Of a stretch of 64,000 nt of DNA, positions 54,736 to 64,000 are shown in pieces (within the stretch, counting starts at the first letter, position 1; each line of letters begins with the position of its first letter). Both the position numbers and the translations under genes were made by a program. Below the pieces are notes generated by a model. That model was not told where the DNA came from. It worked only from the letters and a program-made list of their open reading frames with translations, and searched no databases. Origin of the DNA: a virus; IMG/VR virus record IMGVR_UViG_3300027782_006229, positions 20,842-84,841 of that record; one strand, 5' to 3'.

Positions 54736-56370
54736 GTGAAATTAATTAATTGTTTTCCATCTGGATATAAACCTAACGAAGCTCAACAAACTGTACTCAA
54801 TAATATTGAGCAAGCATTTTTAGAGGGTCATAAATTTGTTGTGGTAAGAGCACCTACCGGTACTGGTAAGTCCTTTATATCAAAAACTGTAGCTAACGCT
54901 TCCAATCAATGCTCTAAAGAATTTAGAGATCTTATTACATCTTATCTTGCATATAAGCAGGATGGTGAGTATGAATATGATTGCGTTAATGAAACTGAAA
55001 AGCAACCATTCGGTTGTTTCGCATTAACTGTAACGAAAGGTCTTCAGGATCAATACAAGCAATTTTTTGATGATGTAAAAGTTTTAAAAGGTAAAAGTAA
55101 CTACCTTTGTGAGGTAGATAAAAATTACTCCGTTGAAACAGCACCTTGTGTTCATATTAAAAACTTAAGAGATGAATGTTGGAGAAAAGATTTCTGTACC
55201 TATTATAGAGATAGAAACGAGGCAGTTATAAGTCCGTTTGCAACTCTAAACTATAAAATGTTTTTCTCTTTACCTAACCATGTAAAGCATCGAGATTATA
55301 TTATTTGTGATGAAGCATCAGAACTAGAAGATGAATTTGTAAAACAATTCACTTGTAATATTGATACAGATTTTCTTGATGAATGTGATGTGAATTTTTA
55401 TTCTAGTAGTATTCCAGCAGGTGATTATGCAAAAGCATATCGTGGTGTTGAATCACTTGCATTATCCCTTCAAGAGAAGGTAAAGGCAATCGAGTTGACT
55501 ATTAAAGGTAATAACAAGTTAACTAACTATCTCGAAAACGAAAAGAAGAAGATGCTCGGGTTAAAAAATCTAAATAGCAAACTTCAATTGCTTATTGAGT
55601 CTTGGAATGATTGTGAGTATTTAATTGAAAAGAAAAACGGCAATATTGTTACATTTACACCACTTAAAGTAGACAGGCTTACAAAATATCTTTTTGATTA
55701 TGGTAAAAAAATTGTATTGATGTCTGCTACTATTATTGATGAAAAGCTTTTTGCAAAAACTTTGGGTATTGAAAACTTTAAATTTATTGATGTAACATCA
55801 CCATTTGATAGTAAAAAAGCTCCGATTTATGTTAATGCAAAACATAAATTAAACGCATATTCAATGAAGTCAACTTTACCAATAGTGGTTGATATGATAC
55901 AAAGCATTTGTGATATGCATAAAAATGATAAAGGTATTATTCATACCCATACATTAGCTATTACAAATGCTATTAAAGCTAAATGTGGTCAAAAAAGGTT
56001 TTTGTATCGTGAACAAGGTGTAATGAATGATGAAATTCTTAAACTTCATTATGAAACTGAAGATCCAACTATCTTGGTATCACCATCTCTTACTCATGGT
56101 GTAGATTTAAAAGATGATTTAGCTCGTTTTCAGATTATTGTAAAAGCTCCATACCTACCATTAACAGATCAGAGAATTAAAATGTTATTTGATGCAGATA
56201 AAAAATGGTATGAAAATAAAATGTTATGTTCACTTATTCAAGCATGCGGAAGAGGTATCAGATCAAAAGATGATCATTGTGTAACTTATATTTTAGATGC
56301 AACTGTACTCAATGTATTAAAAAATAACACTAATATTTTACCTAAATATTTTATCGACCGATTTGTCTGA
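54736..56370 (+). CDS. DinG/Rad3-family helicase
   Basis: APTGTGKS, KGK.NY.C, DEA, MSAT, GVDL and QACGRGIR motifs. Confidence 0.9.
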   Translation: MKLINCFPSGYKPNEAQQTVLNNIEQAFLEGHKFVVVRAPTGTGKSFISKTVANASNQCSKEFRDLITSYLAYKQDGEYEYDCVNETEKQPFGCFALTVTKGLQDQYKQFFDDVKVLKGKSNYLCEVDKNYSVETAPCVHIKNLRDECWRKDFCTYYRDRNEAVISPFATLNYKMFFSLPNHVKHRDYIICDEASELEDEFVKQFTCNIDTDFLDECDVNFYSSSIPAGDYAKAYRGVESLALSLQEKVKAIELTIKGNNKLTNYLENEKKKMLGLKNLNSKLQLLIESWNDCEYLIEKKNGNIVTFTPLKVDRLTKYLFDYGKKIVLMSATIIDEKLFAKTLGIENFKFIDVTSPFDSKKAPIYVNAKHKLNAYSMKSTLPIVVDMIQSICDMHKNDKGIIHTHTLAITNAIKAKCGQKRFLYREQGVMNDEILKLHYETEDPTILVSPSLTHGVDLKDDLARFQIIVKAPYLPLTDQRIKMLFDADKKWYENKMLCSLIQACGRGIRSKDDHCVTYILDATVLNVLKNNTNILPKYFIDRFV

Positions 56371-56381
56371 TAAATATTTAG

Positions 56382-57515
56382 GTGAAGAATTACACATATC
56401 ATTTTGAAATCAAGGACTTACTTACGCAGTTTCTAGCTGCGTTTAATGATTGTATTATTAAAAGGTATGATAATGATAGAGTACCTAGAACAAATATTGA
56501 AGTAAGATATGTACTAGCTCCAAAACAGCGTGTTCTGTATGACATCATAAATGAACAGCATAATATTACACTCCCTGTAGTAGCTGTTAACATGACGAAT
56601 ATATCGCGTGATAATGACCGCGTGTTTAATAAATTGGATGGGTTCTATATGCAAAAGATATATAACCGAAATAGCGCAACATTTAGTAAGATACCTACAC
56701 CAACACCTGTTAATATAACAGTTTCACTTTCTATAATTGCAAAATTCCAATCTGATATTGATCAGATTTTATCTAATTTTGTTCCATATAATAACCCGTA
56801 TATTATAATTTCATGGAAGGTACCAGAATCAGCTGGGTTAAGCTATTATGGTGAGATAAGATCCGAGGTATTATGGGATGGTAATATCAATCTTAACCCA
56901 CCTATAGAGCTTACATCATCTGACAAATATAATATTGTTGCTGACACAACCTTTACAATAAAAGGTTGGTTATTTAAAAAGTTCGAAGAAGCATCAAATA
57001 TTTTTGTTATCGATACAAATTTTTATAACCTAACAGCTAAATCAGGTCCTGCTCTAACACAAAATTCTTATTTTACACTTTCTGGTATGAATTTAACAGG
57101 TGTAACAGAATCATTTTCTATATCTGGTATACCTTCTGTTAGAAGTATTAATGCTAGAACATCCTTTAGCTCTAAAGCTCAAGTTGAAATTACTCAAAAT
57201 ACAACAGTACGTAATCAGTTATCAAATCTAACATTTTCGGTGGGTGGTGAATGGTATAAAGATAGTGATGTTTTATATTTGATGTTATCGTCAAATAATA
57301 CTAGCTTATACCCAGGATTCACATCTATATCTACAATCGAACAAGGCACAGTAAGTGGGTTTCTTATTGATGATTATACAATAGTTAGCGATAAATTATT
57401 ATTTTTCACCTTACCATATACCCAACAAACAGGTGATTTTACAATAGTTGTTGCAAATGAAGTTGGTTGGGATTCATCATATCAATCAAGAAACATTGTT
57501 TTTACACTTATTTGA
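56382..57515 (+). CDS. gp15: tail terminator / sheath stabiliser (T4 gp15-like)
   Basis: F...FN, PKQR, LP, P.P.N, QIL..F.P and F..KGWLF motifs. Confidence 0.7.
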   Translation: MKNYTYHFEIKDLLTQFLAAFNDCIIKRYDNDRVPRTNIEVRYVLAPKQRVLYDIINEQHNITLPVVAVNMTNISRDNDRVFNKLDGFYMQKIYNRNSATFSKIPTPTPVNITVSLSIIAKFQSDIDQILSNFVPYNNPYIIISWKVPESAGLSYYGEIRSEVLWDGNINLNPPIELTSSDKYNIVADTTFTIKGWLFKKFEEASNIFVIDTNFYNLTAKSGPALTQNSYFTLSGMNLTGVTESFSISGIPSVRSINARTSFSSKAQVEITQNTTVRNQLSNLTFSVGGEWYKDSDVLYLMLSSNNTSLYPGFTSISTIEQGTVSGFLIDDYTIVSDKLLFFTLPYTQQTGDFTIVVANEVGWDSSYQSRNIVFTLI

Positions 57516-57532
57516 GTTAAATATATAATAAT

Positions 57533-59308
57533 ATGGCAATGCAAGAAAACAATACAGGTAAATCATCAACATTTGGTAGGGGTCTAATGACCTATATTGC
57601 ACAAAGGTTGCCTTACTCATACAAAGAAGTAGATAACATCCAAGAAAAAAATCCCAAGTATGAGGTTTTTGCAAAAAATGGACCAAAGCGCTCTGAGGCA
57701 TTAGCAAATAATTCGATAGCTATTGGAAATCAAGGTGAGCCTGGCGGTGGTCTATTTGCTGCTGATAAAAGTCTTCAATCTGTTCTTTATTCCAACGTTA
57801 ATTCAGACAAAGCTGGTAGATTACGTGATTATCGAATTATGGCAGCATATTCTGATGTCGCTGATGCATTAGATGAAATTTGTGATGAATTTGTTAACAA
57901 AGATGAAAATGGTAATATTGTAAATTTGGAGTTTAGGGACATAAAACTTACAGATGATCAACAACAAACTATAACAAAAGAGTTTAATAAAATTGTAGAA
58001 TATTTTGATTTTGAAAGTAAAGGTTGGTCGTATATCAGACAATTTCTTACTGAAGGTGAAGTATTTTTTGAAAATATTATTCATAAAGATTATTCAGATC
58101 AAGGTATTTTAGGGTTCGTTAATATACCATCTGAACTTTGCGACCCTGTATATAACAACTTACAAAACCTTATGATCAAAGGTTATATTTATAAAAAACC
58201 TATTCTTGATCCTAAGCAACCTCAAAAGGTGGAAAAATATGATTATATCCCAATGGATGAAAATCAGATTACATATATCAACTCTGGTATATATGATGAA
58301 AATAGAACATTTGTTTTACCAATTTTAGAAAATGCAAGAAGAGCTTATAGACAGCTTTCTCTAATTGAAGATGCTATTGTTATTTACCGAATGGTAAGAG
58401 CACCAGAACGTCTTGTATTCAACGTTGATGTTGGTAATATGCCACCACCAAAAGCAGAAGCATATCTTCGTAAGCTTATTCAGAATTATTGGTCAACAAA
58501 GACGTTTGATGTTGATCAAGGTGATGCAGTACAAAAATTTACACCACAATCAATGCTAGATGCATTCTGGTTTGCAAAGCGTCAAGGATCAGAAGGTACA
58601 GATGTAAAACAACTTCCTGGTGGTGCTAATCTTGGTGAATTATCTGATTTGATGTACTTTATCAAAAAGCTATATAGATCACTTAAAGTACCAACATCAA
58701 GACTTGACCCCCAAGATGCATTTAGAGATGGTAGTGAAATTTTAAGAGAAGAACTTAAATTTGCACGTTTTGTTATTAGAATGCAGCAAAGATTTTCCTC
58801 AGCAATCAAAAAGACATTCATTACCCATCTCAAACTTAAAAATATTTGGGATGAATATGAATTAAAAGAAACTAATTTAAGTGTAGATTTTAATGCTCCA
58901 ACTAACTTCTACGATTTGAGAGAAAATCAAAAGATGGAACTTAAAACAACAACTTACAATAATATCACACAAAGTGAATTTATTTCTAAGACATACGCTC
59001 AAAAAAGATATCTTAATTGGACAGACCTCCAGGTTCTTGCTAATAGAGAGTATCTTAGAAAAGATGCAGAGTTCCAATGGGAATTACAACAAATTGGTAA
59101 TTCTGGTCCTAACTGGAAGGAAGCTATCGAAGCAGGAGCTCCTCCAGCAGAAGGAGGCGCTGATCTCGGTGGTGGAGGAGGAGGTGGTGGAGGAGGCTTA
59201 CCTCCGTCATTTGGAGGTGGTCCAGCAGAAGTAGGTGGTGAAGCACCACCAGAGGGTGAAGCACCACCACCAGAAGCTCCTCCAGCTAGTGAAGCTCCAA
59301 CAGCTTAA
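57533..59308 (+). CDS. gp20: portal protein (T4 gp20)
   Basis: IEDAIVIYRMVRAPERLVFNVDVGNMP, LPGGANLG and REELKF motifs. Confidence 0.97.
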   Translation: MAMQENNTGKSSTFGRGLMTYIAQRLPYSYKEVDNIQEKNPKYEVFAKNGPKRSEALANNSIAIGNQGEPGGGLFAADKSLQSVLYSNVNSDKAGRLRDYRIMAAYSDVADALDEICDEFVNKDENGNIVNLEFRDIKLTDDQQQTITKEFNKIVEYFDFESKGWSYIRQFLTEGEVFFENIIHKDYSDQGILGFVNIPSELCDPVYNNLQNLMIKGYIYKKPILDPKQPQKVEKYDYIPMDENQITYINSGIYDENRTFVLPILENARRAYRQLSLIEDAIVIYRMVRAPERLVFNVDVGNMPPPKAEAYLRKLIQNYWSTKTFDVDQGDAVQKFTPQSMLDAFWFAKRQGSEGTDVKQLPGGANLGELSDLMYFIKKLYRSLKVPTSRLDPQDAFRDGSEILREELKFARFVIRMQQRFSSAIKKTFITHLKLKNIWDEYELKETNLSVDFNAPTNFYDLRENQKMELKTTTYNNITQSEFISKTYAQKRYLNWTDLQVLANREYLRKDAEFQWELQQIGNSGPNWKEAIEAGAPPAEGGADLGGGGGGGGGGLPPSFGGGPAEVGGEAPPEGEAPPPEAPPASEAPTA

Positions 59309-59317
59309 ATAACATAA

Positions 59318-60463
59318 ATGAGCTTACCTTGTACAATAACCCCTATTTCAGCGTTTCAGTCTACTAATCTTAATTCAAAGATTACAACATTTGATAGGTT
59401 AGGTGATAGAATTTTACGTTCAATGGGTTACCCGTTAGTAACGGTTGAAATTCATAAAGATCAACTCTATGAGAACATTTCGATAGCTATTGAAATGTTT
59501 ACAAAATATGCTGGGTACACTAAAGAGTATTTGATTTTCGATTCAAGATTATATGAACATGACGTAGGCCTACCTATAGATAAGCTTTATACGCTAGCTA
59601 GAACCGGGTTAACTCAAGCAGAACAAAATAGTCATTTAATTACACAACCAAGTTCATCGTTTTATTATACTGTTTCCAATACAGCTTATGTATGTACATC
59701 TGCAATATCAAGCTCTGTATTTACCTCATCATCTTCGTTAAGTGTATTCACTAATGGTATTTCTACATATGAACTTATAAGTGTACCAACATATAATGAA
59801 ATTATAGCATTAAGCGGACCGTTATCTAGCTCATTCAAATCATCATTTGTACCAACACCAACTGTACAGCAACAGGCTGTTCCAGGTTTAAGAATTAACT
59901 CTATATATGATTATGATGTTCTAGATTATAGAAAGGTTATTAGTATAACTAGTTTAGAAGAAGGTAGCAATCAGGGTATTAATACCTTGTTTACATTAGA
60001 GCAAACATTAGCACAACAGACATATTTTTCATATGCATTAGGTAATTATGGGTTTGACCTTGTATCATGGTATACAATGAAAGAGTGGATTGATATGAGA
60101 GAGAAAGTTTTAGCTACAAAACGCTCATATGAATTTAACGACAGAACACAGATTCTTAAAATCTTCCCACAACCATCAGGTACATCTCAGTTCTATGCTG
60201 TTCTTACATGTTATGTTGAAAAAGCCATACGTGATATGATTATGGAGCCTTGGATATATCAATATGCTCTTGCATTGAGTAAAATTTCTGTTGGTAGAGT
60301 TAGAGGTAAATTTGGTCAGGTAGCACTACTTGGTGGTGGATCACTTAACTACGATTTATTAGAAGAAGGTAAGAGTGAAAAAGCTGAACTTGAGAAAAAA
60401 CTCTACGAAGGCGCATCTCCAGGTTTCGGTGATAATGATCCTATAATGTTCTTTGTCGGTTAA
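59318..60463 (+). CDS. gp13: neck protein (T4 gp13-like)
   Basis: MGYP...VE..Q, W...YA.A..K...G..RGKF and FFVG C-terminus. Confidence 0.85.
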   Translation: MSLPCTITPISAFQSTNLNSKITTFDRLGDRILRSMGYPLVTVEIHKDQLYENISIAIEMFTKYAGYTKEYLIFDSRLYEHDVGLPIDKLYTLARTGLTQAEQNSHLITQPSSSFYYTVSNTAYVCTSAISSSVFTSSSSLSVFTNGISTYELISVPTYNEIIALSGPLSSSFKSSFVPTPTVQQQAVPGLRINSIYDYDVLDYRKVISITSLEEGSNQGINTLFTLEQTLAQQTYFSYALGNYGFDLVSWYTMKEWIDMREKVLATKRSYEFNDRTQILKIFPQPSGTSQFYAVLTCYVEKAIRDMIMEPWIYQYALALSKISVGRVRGKFGQVALLGGGSLNYDLLEEGKSEKAELEKKLYEGASPGFGDNDPIMFFVG

Positions 60464-60915
60464 TGATGAAGAAAAATTCAAAATATACTCAAGGTGTTTT
60501 CATACCAAAAAATATAAACAAGTTTATTGGTACTAAGGCATTTTATAGATCGTCTTTAGAATTACGATTTATGAAGTTCTGCGATTTTAATGAAAATGTA
60601 TTAAAGTGGGGATCTGAAAATATTATCATTCCATATTTGAATCCATTAGATGGTAAAATGCATCGATACTTTGTAGATAATTTTGTGCAAATAAAAGAGG
60701 GTAGTGGTAAGATAAAAAGGTATCTTGTGGAGATAAAACCATCTGGTCAACTACTACCACCTAAAACCAATTATCGTAAGAAATCTAATCTGATTTACGA
60801 ACAAACGATGTATATAACTAACCAAGCTAAATGGCAAGCAGCTCGTGAATGGTGCAATAAAAAGGACCTAGAGTTTATTATTATCACAGAAAAACACTTA
60901 ACAGTAAATAAATAA
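60463..60915 (+). CDS. gp4: head completion nuclease (T4 gp4-like)
   Basis: YRSS.E, WGSE, HRYFVD, EIKP, NQAKW and ITE motifs. Confidence 0.92.
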   Translation: MMKKNSKYTQGVFIPKNINKFIGTKAFYRSSLELRFMKFCDFNENVLKWGSENIIIPYLNPLDGKMHRYFVDNFVQIKEGSGKIKRYLVEIKPSGQLLPPKTNYRKKSNLIYEQTMYITNQAKWQAAREWCNKKDLEFIIITEKHLTVNK

Positions 60916-60919
60916 GTAT

Positions 60920-61582
60920 ATGGCAATGCGTCTAAACCTACTAGTAGAAAAACCAATTAAAGAAGAATTCGAATATATCTACGAAGAACAAAATAGAAAC
61001 GCTCCGTCGTCTTTATATATCAAAGGCCCTTATATGATGGCAGAAGATGTTAATAAGAATAATCGTAGGTACCCAAAAGATGAACTTGAACGCGAAGTAA
61101 GACGTTATAATGAAGAAATGATTAAGACACAACGTGCAATGGGTGAACTTAATCATCCTACATCTGCAGACGTTGATCTTGAAAGAGCTTGTCACCTTGT
61201 TACAGAAATGTATTGTGAAGGGAATATTTACGTTGGTAAGTCGAAAGTATTATCCACACCTTGTGGGTTAATCGTTAAGTCACTTATTAATGATGGTGTG
61301 AAGGTTGGTATGTCTTCACGTGCTTTAGGAACTTTAGAAGAAAGTTCAAAGTATAATACAGTTCGTAACATGAGACTTATTGCAGTTGATTGTGTTGCTG
61401 ATCCATCATGCCCAAAAGCTTTTGTTAATGGTATTTTAGAATCAAAACAATTTGTTCTTGCATTAGATGGTAAGTTTGAAGAAGCTTATGACACACTTCA
61501 AAAAAGTATTGGTTCATTACCTAGAAATAATGTAGATAAATTTCTCACTGAACAGATCTTAAAATTCATCTCTAGACTATAA
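60920..61582 (+). CDS. gp21: prohead protease (T4 gp21)
   Basis: NKN.R.Y, GELNHP, SSRALG and D.VADPS motifs. Confidence 0.95.
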   Translation: MAMRLNLLVEKPIKEEFEYIYEEQNRNAPSSLYIKGPYMMAEDVNKNNRRYPKDELEREVRRYNEEMIKTQRAMGELNHPTSADVDLERACHLVTEMYCEGNIYVGKSKVLSTPCGLIVKSLINDGVKVGMSSRALGTLEESSKYNTVRNMRLIAVDCVADPSCPKAFVNGILESKQFVLALDGKFEEAYDTLQKSIGSLPRNNVDKFLTEQILKFISRL

Positions 61583-61590
61583 ATAACTAT

Positions 61591-61866
61591 ATGGCAAAGG
61601 CTAAAAAGACTTCTAAAAAGGGTAGTAAACCTGACTATATCGATCTTGACAAAGATGGTAACAAAAAAGAATCGATGAAAAAAGCAGCTAAGGATGCTAA
61701 AAAACCAAAGAAAAAGAAAGTTATTAAAGAAAATGTTTTAATTGCAAACTTTATTAAGTGTATAAGCGAAGAAAAGTATGCTGAAGCTAATAAATATTTG
61801 AAGCAAGTAATTGAGAATAAGCTCATGAAGAGAATTTCTCAAGCTATGAAGCCAACACTTTTTTAA
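61591..61866 (+). CDS. small basic late protein (prohead-core region)
   Basis: TATAAATA upstream; DLDKDG motif. Confidence 0.65.
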   Translation: MAKAKKTSKKGSKPDYIDLDKDGNKKESMKKAAKDAKKPKKKKVIKENVLIANFIKCISEEKYAEANKYLKQVIENKLMKRISQAMKPTLF

Positions 61867-61871
61867 AATTT

Positions 61872-62717
61872 ATGCTTAAGGACCTAATCCCACAGAACAT
61901 CTTATCAGAAGAGTCAGTTAATGCAATTGAAAAAGCATTTACACAAAAGCTTAATCTTCACGTTGAATCAGCTCTTACTAAACAAGACGAACTTTACGCT
62001 TCAAAATTAAAGTCACTTCTAGAGGCTATCAACAAAGATCATTCCGATAAGCTTACAAAAGTTGTTGAAGCTATTGACAAAAATAACGCTGTAAAGCTTA
62101 TTAAAATTGTCAAAAAATATGAAGGTGAGCTTAATGAAAACGCTTCTACTTTCAAATCACAAATCGTAGATAATATTTCCACATACCTTGAAGCTTATAT
62201 CAGTGAAGCTATTCCAGTAGCTGCAATTGAAGAAGCTACTAAGAATAAGCAAGCACTTGCTATTCTTGAAGGTTTGAGAAAAACACTAGCAGTTGATTCA
62301 GCTCTTATGAAAGAGTCAATCAAAGATGCGGTTGTTGAAGGTAAGCAACAAATTGATGAAGCTACCCAACAATCACAAAAGCTTGTGAAAGAAAACAATC
62401 AACTTAAGAGAAAAATTGACGACATGAATAAGAATTTATTCATCGAATCAAAAGTCGCTAAAATGACTGCATCAAAGAATGAATATATTAAAAAGATTCT
62501 CTCTGATAAAGATCTTAAGTTTGTACAAGAAAATTTTGATTATGTATCAAAACTCTATGACAAGAGAGATGCTGAACAGCTTGAAACCATTAAGGAACAA
62601 GCATTCAACAATCGCACTGTTAAGAGCGATGCTCCTAAAGTTGTTACAGAAAACAACAGAGGGATTAAGCATAATCCGCTAATTTCTTCTTATCTAGGTC
62701 AACTTGATAGGAAGTAA
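61872..62717 (+). CDS. gp22: prohead scaffold (T4 gp22-like)
   Basis: Coiled-coil protein directly upstream of the major capsid gene. Confidence 0.8.
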   Translation: MLKDLIPQNILSEESVNAIEKAFTQKLNLHVESALTKQDELYASKLKSLLEAINKDHSDKLTKVVEAIDKNNAVKLIKIVKKYEGELNENASTFKSQIVDNISTYLEAYISEAIPVAAIEEATKNKQALAILEGLRKTLAVDSALMKESIKDAVVEGKQQIDEATQQSQKLVKENNQLKRKIDDMNKNLFIESKVAKMTASKNEYIKKILSDKDLKFVQENFDYVSKLYDKRDAEQLETIKEQAFNNRTVKSDAPKVVTENNRGIKHNPLISSYLGQLDRK

Positions 62718-62790
62718 GATTTAATGAAGTCAGTCATATGACTTGAGTTGCTTGGGTATCCAATCCCATGAGTCCAAAATGATAAAACGT

Positions 62791-64000
62791 ATGAAAATCA
62801 ACGCTCCACAGTCCTTCATCGATCAATCAAGAGCTGACGCTCTTCTTGAAAAATGGGCTCCTGTATTAGACTATACGTCTAGCACAGTTGCTCCAATCGA
62901 GGATTCTTATAAGCGCTACACGACAGCAGTACTTCTTGAAAACCAAGAACAGTTCTGTTTTCGTGAGTCCAACCAAGCCGGTGGCACCGGTTCAGCATTC
63001 AGTAACGGTTCAGTAAATGTGAACCAATACGGTGGTGCTGTACCAAATGGTGACAACTATGCTACAGGTGACGCGCGCTTACCTAAGATCCTTATTCCGA
63101 TGATCAGACGTACATTCCCAGAGCTTATTTCGAACGAAATCGTTGGTGTACAGCCTATGACAGGTCCAGTAGGACTTGCATTCGCTCTTCGCTACAAGTA
63201 TGGAACACAAACCCTTGGTGGTGCTAATCTCACAGATGGCTACTTTACCAATGGTACACCTCCTACTGCAGCGTCGTCCACAGGTGCAGCTCATAACCAG
63301 CAAGGTGTATCCTACACTGGTCAGAACACACCATATGGTGACAACGAATTAGGATTCCAGTTCTTAGAAACTCGCTTCACAGGCACTTCTTCTCAATACC
63401 TTAGTGGTCTTGGAAGTGGTTCTGCGTTCTCGTTCCTAGGTCCTGATCAAGGTGTTGCCGAAATTCTTAAGAATTTCGAAATCAACTCCAACATTCCTAC
63501 AGTAGAAGTAAGCTTTGAAAAGACATCAGTTGAAGCAGGTACCCGTAGATTGGGTGCTCGCTGGTCCATCGAATTAGAGCAGGATCTCAAGAACATGAAT
63601 GGTATCGATATCGATGCTGAATTAACTAACGCTATGTCGTATGAAATTCAAGCAGAAATCGACCGTGAAATGGTCATGAGAATGATCCAATCAGCTCTTA
63701 ACGGTGGTGCAACAGCAGGCTACTCCTTCTGGAGTCCAGCCTCAGCTGACGGTCGCTGGTTAGCAGAACGCAATCGTGATTTCTATCAGAAACTTATTAT
63801 CGAAGCAAACCGAATCGCCGTCCGTAACAGAAGAGGGGCAGCAAACTTCATTGTAGCAACACCACGTGTGTGCGCTATTCTTGAAATGCTACCTGAATTC
63901 CAATGGATGTCTGTTGATGGTAACGTCAACACACAAGGTGTAGGTATTGCTAAGGTAGGTACAGTTGGTGGTAGATTCACAGTATACCGTGATACACGTA
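62791..64000 (+). CDS. gp23: major capsid protein (T4 gp23), truncated at window edge
   Basis: Manual translation: LLEKWAPVL, LLENQ, VGVQPMTGPVGLAFALR and EIDRE motifs; absent from ORF track. Confidence 0.97.
   Translation, partial: MKINAPQSFIDQSRADALLEKWAPVLDYTSSTVAPIEDSYKRYTTAVLLENQEQFCFRESNQAGGTGSAFSNGSVNVNQYGGAVPNGDNYATGDARLPKILIPMIRRTFPELISNEIVGVQPMTGPVGLAFALRYKYGTQTLGGANLTDGYFTNGTPPTAASSTGAAHNQQGVSYTGQNTPYGDNELGFQFLETRFTGTSSQYLSGLGSGSAFSFLGPDQGVAEILKNFEINSNIPTVEVSFEKTSVEAGTRRLGARWSIELEQDLKNMNGIDIDAELTNAMSYEIQAEIDREMVMRMIQSALNGGATAGYSFWSPASADGRWLAERNRDFYQKLIIEANRIAVRNRRGAANFIVATPRVCAILEMLPEFQWMSVDGNVNTQGVGIAKVGTVGGRFTVYRDTR

Noticed and set aside
59150-59300. GGT/GGA and CCA-rich repeats
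   Set aside because: They encode the low-complexity Gly/Pro tail of the portal protein
1850-63980. Short antisense or nested ORFs inside long genes (e.g. 16311..16781, 13044..13388, 25872..26228)
   Set aside because: Shadow ORFs of well-supported genes, with no start context or motifs
1-64000. Stop-codon recoding or suppressor tRNAs
   Set aside because: Core genes are full length in the standard code, and no CUA, UUA or UCA anticodon was found

Overview
An AT-rich segment of a large T4-like myophage genome, read in the standard genetic code. Positions 1-26.3 kb (mostly minus strand) hold the T4-type replication, recombination and late-transcription core: gp61, RNase H, gp45, gp32, gp41, UvsX, gp43, gp46/47, gp55, UvsW and UvsY. 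This core is interrupted by a DUF1549/DUF1553 + DUF1501 module and a second DUF1501 gene. Those families are typical of Planctomycetes/Verrucomicrobia, which suggests a PVC host, and each gene sits behind a T4-type late promoter core (TAAATA). Positions 26.3-35.5 kb carry late genes, many with T4 internal-protein-like N-termini. Positions 32.6 and 35.8-39.6 kb carry 30 tRNA or tRNA-like genes covering all 20 amino acids. Several have non-canonical elbows or variable arms, and they are interleaved with about eight unannotated structured RNA candidates. A dispersed preQ0/7-deazaguanine pathway is present (FolE, QueD, QueE, QueC, class II amidotransferase), with no DpdA visible in the window. A glycan cluster (glycosyltransferases, epimerase, FkbM methyltransferase, split transketolase) and DUF366 follow. 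The window ends in head and neck genes (gp15, gp20, gp13, gp4, gp21, gp22, partial gp23). All calls were made by eye from motifs, synteny and manual base pairing; no searches were run.
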